From positions 1,020,001 through 1,052,000 of the forward strand of contig NZ_CP047960.1 in NCBI RefSeq assembly GCF_014280195.1: DNA of 32,000 bases. Reading direction: 5' to 3'. This document shows, one piece after another, positions 9,156 to 16,928 of this stretch (positions are counted from its first letter, which is position 1; each line of letters opens with the position of its first letter). Origin of the DNA: Synechococcus sp. A15-24. Its GTDB lineage: Bacteria > Cyanobacteriota > Cyanobacteriia > PCC-6307 > Cyanobiaceae. The translations under genes and the position numbers were made by a program. The notes beneath the pieces were generated by a model that was not told where the DNA came from, did not search any database, and saw only the letters and a list, made by a program, of their open reading frames with translations.

Positions 9156-10264
9156 GTTCCATTAGCAGACGTCTGCCGGTCACCGTGATAACCGGTTTCC
9201 TTGGTGCCGGTAAAACCACTGTTCTGCGCCATCTGCTCACCCGCAGTGGTCAGCGTCTGGCCGTGATGGTCAATGAATTCGGCAGTGTCGGACTGGATGG
9301 GGATCTGATTCGCAGTTGCGGTTTCTGCCCCGACGATGAGGTGGAAGGCCGCCTTGTGGAGCTCAACAACGGCTGCTTGTGTTGCACGGTGCAGGACGAC
9401 TTCCTGCCGACGATGGAACAGCTGCTTGAGCGGGCGGATCAATTGGATGGAATCGTTGTGGAAACAAGTGGTCTGGCGTTGCCGCGTCCGTTGCTGCAGG
9501 CCCTGGACTGGCCGGCCATCCGCAGCCGTGTGCACGTGAACGGTGTGGTGACGCTCGTTGACGGTGAAGCTCTTGCCGCTGGCAGCCCCGTCGCGGATCG
9601 GGAGGCTCTGGAGCAGCAGCGTCGGGATGATCCCAGCCTTGATCACATCACTGCGATCGATGAGTTGTTCCGCGATCAGCTTCAGGCCGCAGATCTCGTT
9701 CTGCTCAGCCGTGCCGATCGGCTGTCGCCATCGCAGCTGGATGTACTGCAGAGCGACCTGAACGCGCAGACCAGGCCCGGGACGGCACTGCTCCCGGTGG
9801 CCCATGGCGCCGTGGACACCACGGTGGTGCTCGGTCTGGAGCATCACGCCGAAGATGTAACTCACCATCACAACCACGACCACGAGCATGACCACGATCA
9901 TCACGATCACAGCCATGTCGCGATGGTGAGTGGCGGTCTTCGTCTGGAGGGAGAATTTGATCGGGCGACTCTCGAACAACTGCTGCTCAGATTGGTGAGT
10001 GAGCATCAGGTGCTGCGGCTGAAAGGACGCGTCTGGCTGCCGGGCAAAACCTTGCCTTTGCAGCTGCAGATGGTGGGCCCACGGCTCAACAGCTGGTTCG
10101 AGGCTGCACCGACGGCAGCTTGGCGACCCGGCAGTGGGGCGGGAGTGGATCTGGTGGTGCTGTCTCTGCAGGAGTCAGCTACCGCATCGTTCGAGCAGGC
10201 GCTTCAGACGCTGCAGGCCACCCCGGCCACCGCCAGCACCGCAGCCAGGACCCCACGGGGCTGA
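9143..10264 (+). CDS. COG0523/CobW-family metal-chaperone GTPase with His-rich insert
   Basis: P-loop GFLGAGKTT and GCLCCT (CxCC) metal motif. His/Asp-rich stretch HHHNHDHEHDHDHHDHSH. TTG start overlaps the pentapeptide gene by 13 nt. Confidence 0.9.
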   Translation: MSPLSSISRRLPVTVITGFLGAGKTTVLRHLLTRSGQRLAVMVNEFGSVGLDGDLIRSCGFCPDDEVEGRLVELNNGCLCCTVQDDFLPTMEQLLERADQLDGIVVETSGLALPRPLLQALDWPAIRSRVHVNGVVTLVDGEALAAGSPVADREALEQQRRDDPSLDHITAIDELFRDQLQAADLVLLSRADRLSPSQLDVLQSDLNAQTRPGTALLPVAHGAVDTTVVLGLEHHAEDVTHHHNHDHEHDHDHHDHSHVAMVSGGLRLEGEFDRATLEQLLLRLVSEHQVLRLKGRVWLPGKTLPLQLQMVGPRLNSWFEAAPTAAWRPGSGAGVDLVVLSLQESATASFEQALQTLQATPATASTAARTPRG

Positions 10265-11046
10265 ATCGGATCTCCTTCGAACCGGCCTGCAACCAGTGCC
10301 ATCACCGGCGCCGTGCTCATCAGCGTGACGCCAGGGCCGACGGGCATGGCCTGAAACACCAGTTGCTGCATGGCGATGCCCAGATTGGTGCCCAGGGCGG
10401 TGGCCAGCACAATCCGCAGCGTTGGACCGGATCGAACGCTGAGGCGCGACCCTCTGGAACGAACGAGTGGCAACAAAGCCAGCCAGCCCCCCAGCAGCCT
10501 GACCGCAGCGGTCTGGAGGGGCGTCAGGTCGCTGCTGATCAGCACATGTCGCGCCAGAAAGGCGCCACTCAGGCCGCAGAGCACCGCCATCAGACCCATG
10601 GCCAGTCCCTGACGGTCCCTGTGAAGCGGCCCGTCGCTGTCCGCCACAAGGACCACGGCTCCCGCTACCAACAGAGCACCCACCCAGGCCCCTGCGCCGA
10701 GTCGCTCCCCCATCAGCATGACGCTGCCGAGGCTGGCCAACACTGGACCCACCGCTTCCAGCGTGAGAGTTCGGCGGGTGCCCAGGCGTCGCAGGGCGGC
10801 GAGATAGAAGCTGTCACCGGCGGCGATGCCCACGCCGCCGCTGAGTAACAACATTGCGATGGCTGCAGCGTTGTCCTGCCATGGCAGCAGCGCCAGCACA
10901 GGCAGAAACAACAGGGTCGCCAGTCCGTTCTTCAGGGCATTGAGCTGCAGGGCGGAGCCCTGATCCGACAAGGACCGCCACAGGCCGCTGGCGGTTGTCC
11001 AGGCCAGGGCTGCAGCGAGTGCAGCCATCACGCCGATCATTGGCAT
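10204..11046 (-). CDS. EamA/DMT-family transporter
   Basis: About 10 hydrophobic helices in a two-domain DMT-like arrangement. ATG at 11046. The in-frame ATG at 11040 gives an ATGA overlap with the upstream SDR stop and may be the true start. Confidence 0.85.
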   Translation of the reverse strand: MPMIGVMAALAAALAWTTASGLWRSLSDQGSALQLNALKNGLATLLFLPVLALLPWQDNAAAIAMLLLSGGVGIAAGDSFYLAALRRLGTRRTLTLEAVGPVLASLGSVMLMGERLGAGAWVGALLVAGAVVLVADSDGPLHRDRQGLAMGLMAVLCGLSGAFLARHVLISSDLTPLQTAAVRLLGGWLALLPLVRSRGSRLSVRSGPTLRIVLATALGTNLGIAMQQLVFQAMPVGPGVTLMSTAPVMALVAGRFEGDPIQPRGVLAAVLAVAGVACSV

Positions 11047-11981
11047 TCAGTCAAAATCTGGTCACTCACCTGCCAGAGCTGCCCTGCCTTGCCCTCATCG
11101 GCGGCTTCCGCCGAGGTTTCGGCGCGCTGGAACCGATGACGCCCTGGACCGAGAAGCGTGTTGCTCCAGTAGCTGAATCCCAATGGCATGGCGGGATCCA
11201 GCACCAACCGCTCCAACAGTTCAGCGGCCCGCTGGGGATGTTCGGTGAGTCGCAACAGATCGCGTGCCACGACTTCGAACAAGGCCTGCCCGATGGGGTT
11301 GGCCTGGCGGCTGTTGCGGAAGAAACCGTCCCGTCCCCGCGGAATCACCAGGCCGGGACTCCAGCAGATCACGGGCAACTGCGGATGCAGCAGTGCCAGA
11401 TGCCTGCCCATCAACAGGTTGCAGAGCTTGCTGTCCTTGTAGGCCTTGTCCGCATCAAAGGGCCGTTCACCGTTCACCATCTCTGAATGCTTCTTTAGTC
11501 CGGAAAGATCGCCGAGGCCGGCGGGGCGTCCCACCCGTCCGCCGCCACTGGCCGGGTTGTGCACCTCCGACGCTGTGATGACCAGCCTTGGCGCAGCGGA
11601 TCGCAACAGCAGTGGCAGCAGATCCATCACCAGCCGCTGATGCGCCAGATGGTTGACGGCGATGGTGAGTTCCAGGCCCTGGGCACTCCAGCGCACCTGC
11701 CGATAGCCAGCGTATTGCAAACCGGCGTTGAGCAGCAGGCCATCCAGGTCGTCATCCCGTTGACGAAGCGCTTGTCCGATGGCTTGAACCTGATCAAGGT
11801 CGGCCAGATCCGCCAGCAGCAGGCGGCTTTCTCCCGTCAGCCAGCCGAGGGTCTGATCAGCCCGCTGCTGACTGCGGCAGATCACGGTGAGCCGGTGCCC
11901 CTGCTGTTGCAGCCGTTCGGCGGCGAGACGGCCAATACCACTGCTGGCTCCGGTGATCAGCCAGTGCTGTGGATCAGCCAT
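11037..11981 (-). CDS. short-chain dehydrogenase/reductase (SDR), retinol-dehydrogenase / protochlorophyllide-reductase-like
   Basis: TGASSGIG cofactor motif and AYKDSK (YxxxK) catalytic motif. Overlaps the upstream gene by 8 nt. Confidence 0.9.
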   Translation of the reverse strand: MADPQHWLITGASSGIGRLAAERLQQQGHRLTVICRSQQRADQTLGWLTGESRLLLADLADLDQVQAIGQALRQRDDDLDGLLLNAGLQYAGYRQVRWSAQGLELTIAVNHLAHQRLVMDLLPLLLRSAAPRLVITASEVHNPASGGGRVGRPAGLGDLSGLKKHSEMVNGERPFDADKAYKDSKLCNLLMGRHLALLHPQLPVICWSPGLVIPRGRDGFFRNSRQANPIGQALFEVVARDLLRLTEHPQRAAELLERLVLDPAMPLGFSYWSNTLLGPGRHRFQRAETSAEAADEGKAGQLWQVSDQILTECQ

Positions 11982-12786
11982 TGGTGTGGATCTTGAAGAC
12001 GTACAGCCTCCCGTCCCTCTCGCTCACCACGTACAAGCGACTGCGGGCAGGGTCGATCGCCACACCTTCCGACTTGCGGATCCGTTTGGGCTTGTTGTCG
12101 TCTTCGATCACCAGATCGAGGCGCTGCAGCACCTGATCATGTTCCCAGTTGTAGTGGTACAGGCACTGTCCTTTGTCACTGGTGATCCAGATCGTGTTGC
12201 GTTCGGCGTCGTAGCTGAGGCCTGAGAAGTCGAGTTTGTCCGGACCCACGGTTGGGTGCACAAAGCCATTGGTGTCGTTGAGAGGTCGGGCCTGGAGGAT
12301 GCTGTTGCCTTCCGCATCAAGCTCGATCAGCAGCCCTGGGCGCCCTTCCTTCACCACAAACAGATGCCCCGTGCGGGTGTTCACGGTGATCCCTTCCAGC
12401 CCTTTGTTGTCTGGCGGATCGGGGAAGAAGCGCTGAATGCTCTCGTAGTTGGTCATGGCCGCCAAGGGACGACGGCTGAGTTCGCGCCGCGTTGCGATGT
12501 CGATGGTGATCAGCGCGTTGGTCTCTTCCTGAACGGCATGGAGTCGGCTGCCATCGCCATTGATGGCAATCCCTTCCAGATCGTCGACGCCGATGAAAAA
12601 AGACTCGGTGATGGACAGGCGACCCTTCAGATCCAGACGGAACACCGCCTTGGTGTCATCACTGACGGTGTAGATGGCGCTGCCGTCGTGGTTCAGGGTC
12701 AGGCCGGAGGGTTCGTTCAGTCCAGCCGCCTTGTCGAGAATTCGGTGTTCGCTGATCAGGCTGAGGCTGAGTGTGGCGTCGGTCAT
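11974..12786 (-). CDS. beta-propeller protein, SdiA-regulated/YjiK-like family (recollection, unverified)
   Basis: Repeated blades with the pattern LNEPSGLTLNHDGSAIYTVSDD / LEGIAINGDG / LEGITVN / FSGLSYD / SEGVAID, as I remember for the YjiK family. No signal peptide. Confidence 0.7.
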   Translation of the reverse strand: MTDATLSLSLISEHRILDKAAGLNEPSGLTLNHDGSAIYTVSDDTKAVFRLDLKGRLSITESFFIGVDDLEGIAINGDGSRLHAVQEETNALITIDIATRRELSRRPLAAMTNYESIQRFFPDPPDNKGLEGITVNTRTGHLFVVKEGRPGLLIELDAEGNSILQARPLNDTNGFVHPTVGPDKLDFSGLSYDAERNTIWITSDKGQCLYHYNWEHDQVLQRLDLVIEDDNKPKRIRKSEGVAIDPARSRLYVVSERDGRLYVFKIHTNG

Positions 12787-12887
12787 GGCAGTGCCCTCGC
12801 TGGTCCAAGGATTTCAGTCCGTGGGCTCTGGTGGGGTCTGCTGGAGCACCAGGGCCGAGAATGAAAGGCTTCTGGCACTGGCAAGCG

Positions 12888-13430
12888 ATGCAACGCCTCG
12901 CGGTCTACTGCGGATCCAGATCTGGCCACGCGCCGGAGCATGGTCAGACCGCCACGGCATTGGGCCGCGCCATGGCCCGCCGGGGTGTGGGGTTGGTGTA
13001 CGGCGCCGCCCAGATTGGTCTGATGGGCACGATCGCCGATGCGGTGCTGGCCGCTGAGGGGGAGGTGATCGGCGTGATCCCTGAAGCGTTGATGGATGCC
13101 GAGGTTGCTCACCATCAGCTCACACGCCTAGAGGTCGTTGCCGACATGCATGTCCGCAAGGCGCGCATGATCGAATTGGCAGATGCCATGGTCGCGTTGC
13201 CAGGGGGCCTTGGAACCCTGGAGGAGTTGTTCGAAGCACTCACCTGGTTGCAGCTGCGCTTTCACAGCAAACCCTGTGCCTTGCTCAATGTGGCCGGCTA
13301 TTACGACCATCTCCTCCAGTTCCTGGATGGAGCGGTGGCCAATGGCTTTGTGGCGGCAGAGCATCGCGGGCTGTTGAAGGTGGATCAGGACCCGGAGCGG
13401 CTTTTGGATGTGCTGTTTCAACCCGCCTGA
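12888..13430 (+). CDS. LOG-family (TIGR00730-type) nucleotide 5'-monophosphate nucleosidase
   Basis: MQRLAVYCGS start, GVIP motif and PGGLGTLEE (PGGxGTxxE) motif. An alternative ATG lies at 12861. Confidence 0.9.
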   Translation: MQRLAVYCGSRSGHAPEHGQTATALGRAMARRGVGLVYGAAQIGLMGTIADAVLAAEGEVIGVIPEALMDAEVAHHQLTRLEVVADMHVRKARMIELADAMVALPGGLGTLEELFEALTWLQLRFHSKPCALLNVAGYYDHLLQFLDGAVANGFVAAEHRGLLKVDQDPERLLDVLFQPA

Positions 13431-14125
13431 TGTCACGGACGGTTCTGATCACCGGTGCCAGCCGCGGGATCGGCCGGGCGGTGGCCGAGAATTGTCTGGC
13501 TGAGGGGCATCGTCTCTGCCTGGGTCTGCGGGATCCGGCAGCCGTGAAGGGAACCCTGCTGGACAGCGCCCATGTGCTGCCGGTCGCCTATGACGCCGGC
13601 CAACCTGAGCAGGCCATGTCTCTGGTGGATGCTGCAACCTCCTGGGCAGGGGGTGTGGACGCGCTGATCCATTGCGCGGGAATTTTGCATCGCACGCCGC
13701 TGCTGTTTGAGGACGGGCAGGAGGCGGAGTTGGAGGAGCTGTGGCAGGTCAACGTGATGGGGCCCTGGTGGTTGACCCGAGCGGCCTGGCCGCATCTCCG
13801 CTCCTGCGGCCATGGGCGGATCCAGGTGCTGGTTTCAATGAGCGGTAAACGGGTGAAAGGTCGGATGGCGGGCTACCCGGTGAGCAAATTCGGCCTGATG
13901 GCGTTGTGTCAGTCCATGCGGAATGAAGGCTTTGATCACGGCATCCGGGTGACGGCGATTTGTCCCAGCTGGGTGAACACCGCCATGGCCCTGTCGGTGA
14001 GCTCCGTGCCTGCGGAATCCATGACGCAGCCAAGGGATCTTGCCCGTCTGATGGGACGTCTTCTGGAGCTCCCTGATGCGGCCGTGCCCTTTGAAATCGC
14101 GGTGAACTGTGCGCTGGAGACTTGA
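13430..14125 (+). CDS. short-chain dehydrogenase/reductase (SDR)
   Basis: TGASRGIG and YPVSK (YxxxK) motifs. The ATG shares one base with the LOG stop (TGATG). Confidence 0.9.
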   Translation: MSRTVLITGASRGIGRAVAENCLAEGHRLCLGLRDPAAVKGTLLDSAHVLPVAYDAGQPEQAMSLVDAATSWAGGVDALIHCAGILHRTPLLFEDGQEAELEELWQVNVMGPWWLTRAAWPHLRSCGHGRIQVLVSMSGKRVKGRMAGYPVSKFGLMALCQSMRNEGFDHGIRVTAICPSWVNTAMALSVSSVPAESMTQPRDLARLMGRLLELPDAAVPFEIAVNCALET

Positions 14126-14193
14126 TCGCGGGCTTTGGATGGCTGACCGCAACGGTCACCGGCGCTACCACTCGAGCAGAAGATTCTTCGGCC

Positions 14194-14481
14194 ATGTGCC
14201 TGTTCGCTGCACTCGGATTGCTGGCGCCACGGTTGATCCTGGTGTTGATGTGGCTGTTCAACAGCAGCTTTGTGCTGCAACCCTTCGCGGGCATGGCCGT
14301 TCCCAATCCCGTACTGCCCATCGCTGGTCTGCTGTTGCTGCCCACCACCACCCTGGGCTTCTGCTGGGCCACGTCCTCCTTCGGTGGCGTGTCGTCTTTC
14401 AGCGGAATGCTGGTGGTGGCCATCGGCGTGATCATTGATCTCGGTCTGATCGGCAATGGCCGCGGTGTGGCCAAGCGCTGA
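14194..14481 (+). CDS. small integral membrane protein, function unknown
   Basis: About 3 TM helices (MCLFAALGLLAPRLILVLMWLF..., PVLPIAGLLLLPTTTLGF..., MLVVAIGVIIDLGLI). The ORF is open from TTG 14122, which overlaps the SDR stop, so the start is uncertain. Confidence 0.6.
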   Translation: MCLFAALGLLAPRLILVLMWLFNSSFVLQPFAGMAVPNPVLPIAGLLLLPTTTLGFCWATSSFGGVSSFSGMLVVAIGVIIDLGLIGNGRGVAKR

Positions 14482-14497
14482 TCCTGATCTGCCCTTG

Positions 14498-14959
14498 ATG
14501 ACGGAACCCTGCGGCATCTGCCTCTTGCACCAGGATCCGCCGAGTCGCGAGCGGTATGAGATCAGTCGCACTGAGCTGTGGGTGCTCCGCCACCATCCGG
14601 TCCCAGCTCCTCTGCCGGGCTGGTTGTTGTTGGACAGTCGCCGCCATTGCGGTGGGCCGCTGGCCTTCGAACCCCAAGAGGCTGAATCCTGGGGGCTGGC
14701 CGTGCGCGATGCCAGTCAGCTGGTGCAGCAGATCACCGGCTGTGATCGCGTTTATGCCATCGCCTTTGGTGAGGGTGCTCCCCATCTGCACCTCCACCTG
14801 ATTCCCCGATTTGCCGATGATCCAGCAACCAGCGCCTGGTTGGTGGCAGATCATTACCGGGCGGTGCAGGCCGGCCAGCGAGAGGCAGCTCCTGCAGCTC
14901 AGGTGCAGGAGCTGGTGGAACTGGCTCGTCGCATCAGCGGATCACGATCCATCTGCTGA
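14498..14959 (+). CDS. HIT-family nucleotide hydrolase/transferase
   Basis: Histidine-triad HLHLHLIP motif. Start taken at MTEPCGICLL. Confidence 0.85.
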   Translation: MTEPCGICLLHQDPPSRERYEISRTELWVLRHHPVPAPLPGWLLLDSRRHCGGPLAFEPQEAESWGLAVRDASQLVQQITGCDRVYAIAFGEGAPHLHLHLIPRFADDPATSAWLVADHYRAVQAGQREAAPAAQVQELVELARRISGSRSIC

Positions 14960-14972
14960 TTTGAATTGGCGG

Positions 14973-15392
14973 CTAACCACGCTGAAAGCGTTTGCGGGTG
15001 TTTTTGGAAACACGAAGGCTGCGCAGCCGTCCTAACGGCCAACCCAACTGGTGGAGATGGGCCAGCGTGGAGGTTTCGGCATCGAAGCAGCCCTCGCAGT
15101 AAGTGCTGTGAATGCCGATTTCCTTGAGGGTGAGCAGCAGCAGGCGCTCCTCCCGGCGGGTGCCGCGCCGGGCGTCCATCAGCTCAAAGCCCCGTTGCTG
15201 ATGCTCGGTTGTGGAGGCTGAGAGGGTTTCGGTGTAGCCAATCAGAAGGGTCTGATCGATGGCTCGATAAGCGGTGTAAACGACGCCTTCCGGGTTGGCT
15301 TCCAGGGTCTGAACCCTCTCGCTCAGAGCGATCACGGCTTCCATGGTCGGGGCCTGCAGGGCCTTTTCAAACAGGTCGATGGAGCTTGTCAT
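14973..15392 (-). CDS. hypothetical 139-aa protein translationally linked to the upstream RHH gene
   Basis: ATG at 15392-15390 lies 2 nt after the RHH stop. The 233-aa ORF in the track is an upstream run-on through the RHH gene in another frame. Has YCEGC and a basic C-terminal tail (RSLRVSKNTRKRFQRG). No family recognised. Confidence 0.7.
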   Translation of the reverse strand: MTSSIDLFEKALQAPTMEAVIALSERVQTLEANPEGVVYTAYRAIDQTLLIGYTETLSASTTEHQQRGFELMDARRGTRREERLLLLTLKEIGIHSTYCEGCFDAETSTLAHLHQLGWPLGRLRSLRVSKNTRKRFQRG

Positions 15393-15394
15393 GG

Positions 15395-15631
15395 TCAAAG
15401 ACCTCCAATGGCAAGTCGTTCGTCGCAGGCTCCCTCGTAAGCACGAATCGCTGCCGAAGGGATGGAGCCGTTGCTCTTCAGCTGCCGGATCGAGAGCTCC
15501 ACGCACTGCAACACGACGCTGGTGAGTTCCCGGCCTTCGCACAGTGCCCAACTGCGCAGCAACACGTGCAGGCTTGGCGGCACGGAGACCGTGAGCTTTA
15601 CCTGGTTTTCCCGCGTTGCCGCTTTGATCAT
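15395..15631 (-). CDS. ribbon-helix-helix (CopG/Arc/MetJ-like) DNA-binding protein
   Basis: 78 aa. KLTVSVPPSLHVLLRSWALCEGRELTSVVLQCVELSIRQL fits a beta-strand / helix / helix RHH layout. Confidence 0.7.
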   Translation of the reverse strand: MIKAATRENQVKLTVSVPPSLHVLLRSWALCEGRELTSVVLQCVELSIRQLKSNGSIPSAAIRAYEGACDERLAIGGL

Positions 15632-15842
15632 GTCCAGGGCCTGTCGAGCACCTCAAGAGTAGCCCTGAAGGCACTTAGCGGCAACTCACTGGTTACTTTG
15701 GAGTGCATTCTGGGTGTCTACACGGTTGCTGCGGGCGTCTCCCCGAATGCTCTGATCGATTGATCCCCATACTTTTCGCTGTGAAGACGCATTACAGATC
15801 GTTGATCGGCCCCTTTTGCTCGGACATCGTGATCAGGATTTC

Positions 15843-16031
15843 ATGGGTCCTATGAACACACCGAACGGAACGTGGAGTAACAACCAACCTCCAGCCGCGT
15901 TCGAAAAGCTTTGGCGTGGACTAATTCTTGTTGGCGCGATTCACCTCGGCGGCATGCTTGTCAATGTTGTGTTTCAGATGCTTGGAAACCACAGCCTAGA
16001 TGGCATCCCCGCCAAGTTTTTAGGCCTGTAA
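15843..16031 (+). CDS. small membrane protein, function unknown
   Basis: ATG 15843 (AGGA 5 nt upstream) or ATG 15852. One TM segment (LWRGLILVGAIHLGGMLVNVVF). Followed by the hairpin at 16059-16095. Confidence 0.5.
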   Translation: MGPMNTPNGTWSNNQPPAAFEKLWRGLILVGAIHLGGMLVNVVFQMLGNHSLDGIPAKFLGL

Positions 16032-16058
16032 TTAAGCAAAATTTAATTTAAGTGTGAC

Positions 16059-16095
16059 GATCACAGGTGTTCCCAGCACAGGATCACCTGTGATC
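16059..16095. terminator. intergenic hairpin between convergent genes (gatcacaggtg / cacctgtgatc)
   Basis: Perfect 11-bp inverted repeat with a 15-nt loop, between the stops at 16031 (+) and 16117 (-). There is no clear U-tract, so terminator function is inferred from position only. Confidence 0.45.
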
Positions 16096-16116
16096 ACTTG
16101 AGCTCATCCGTTGCGA

Positions 16117-16434
16117 TCAGGACATTTTCGCAAACAACTTTTTGTGATAATCAACGACGTCTTGGCAGCCGATCACCGGCGTGAAGTCCATCTCAATTCC
16201 AAACTGAGCACGCCAGGGAGCAAAGTGCTCAAAGATCTGCGCGTCGCTCTCAGCTTTAAACAGTAGGGTCACACGACCTGCACCGGGAGCGTGAACGCGA
16301 AAGAGCATTTCAAAGCCGTCAGCGTGATCGGCCTGAGCCATTTCGCCTGAATCCCAGAGCTCACAGAAACTTTTGTAGGCAGCCAATTGGCTTTCAATGT
16401 CAGGAAAGATGCAGTCTGCTAGGTACATTTGCAT
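16117..16434 (-). CDS. DUF3303-like small protein (recollection, unverified)
   Basis: Start taken at MQMYLADCIF. The pattern ...GFEMLFRVHAPGAGRVTLLFKAESDAQIFEHFAPWRAQFGIEMDFTPVI... resembles the about 100-aa DUF3303 family as I remember it. Confidence 0.65.
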   Translation of the reverse strand: MQMYLADCIFPDIESQLAAYKSFCELWDSGEMAQADHADGFEMLFRVHAPGAGRVTLLFKAESDAQIFEHFAPWRAQFGIEMDFTPVIGCQDVVDYHKKLFAKMS

Positions 16435-16754
16435 GGTCGAGATGAGCGAGGGGCAATCAAGTGCTAGCAACGCTTGTGTTTCTTGTCCTCGTCTGCATCC
16501 TTTAGGGTGTTGTGCGAGTCTTTCTCGACGACCCTCCGATCAGAGTCATGCCCGAGCTCTGTGGATCTCTCTGTCTGATGAATGACAGAGTGACTGAGCT
16601 GTTGTGGGAATCATTGTGAGTTGTTTTCTGAAAGATCGATTGGACTTGGATTTGACGGCTCCACGCCTCTATTGATGCTCCTGATAAAAAAAATATTGAT
16701 CGGGTGCGTTGCCAGCAGTGCACCCTCAGTCGGACGAATTTCCAGCCAGAATTG

Positions 16755-16928
16755 ATGCAACAATCTTCTACTCGCATGCGGTTTCTGCTAGTCGCGGTGA
16801 TGTCCATAACAGCCCTTACTGTTGTGCTGATTGCTGGGGCCATTGGCTCCCAGGATTACACAACGCATATTGGACAGCGGGTGCCACCTTCAGAAGCGCT
16901 GCGTCAAGACAGGCGAGCTCAGCTCTGA
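16755..16928 (+). CDS. candidate 57-aa single-pass membrane miniprotein
   Basis: ATG 16755: MQQSSTRMRFLLVAVMSITALTVVLIAGAIGSQDY... has a clean TM helix. No SD sequence. It competes with an overlapping minus-strand ORF (16890-17141). Confidence 0.4.
   Translation: MQQSSTRMRFLLVAVMSITALTVVLIAGAIGSQDYTTHIGQRVPPSEALRQDRRAQL

Noticed and set aside
9866-9916. Repetitive cay/gay codon run that could be taken for a microsatellite or short repeat array
   Set aside because: It lies in frame inside the CobW-like gene and encodes the His/Asp-rich metal-binding insert. It is neither a CRISPR nor a non-coding repeat.
14973-15674. 233-aa ORF as listed in the track
   Set aside because: Its first 94 codons run through the RHH gene in another frame and translate to Arg/Gly/Pro-rich nonsense. 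An ATG at 15392 sits 2 nt after the RHH stop, so the ORF was trimmed to 139 aa.
16502-16843. 113-aa minus-strand ORF upstream of the DUF3303-like gene
   Set aside because: It overlaps the candidate 57-aa membrane ORF and the divergent promoter region, and its product lacks protein-like features. It contains a 7-bp hairpin (16568-16589) but nothing that supports coding.
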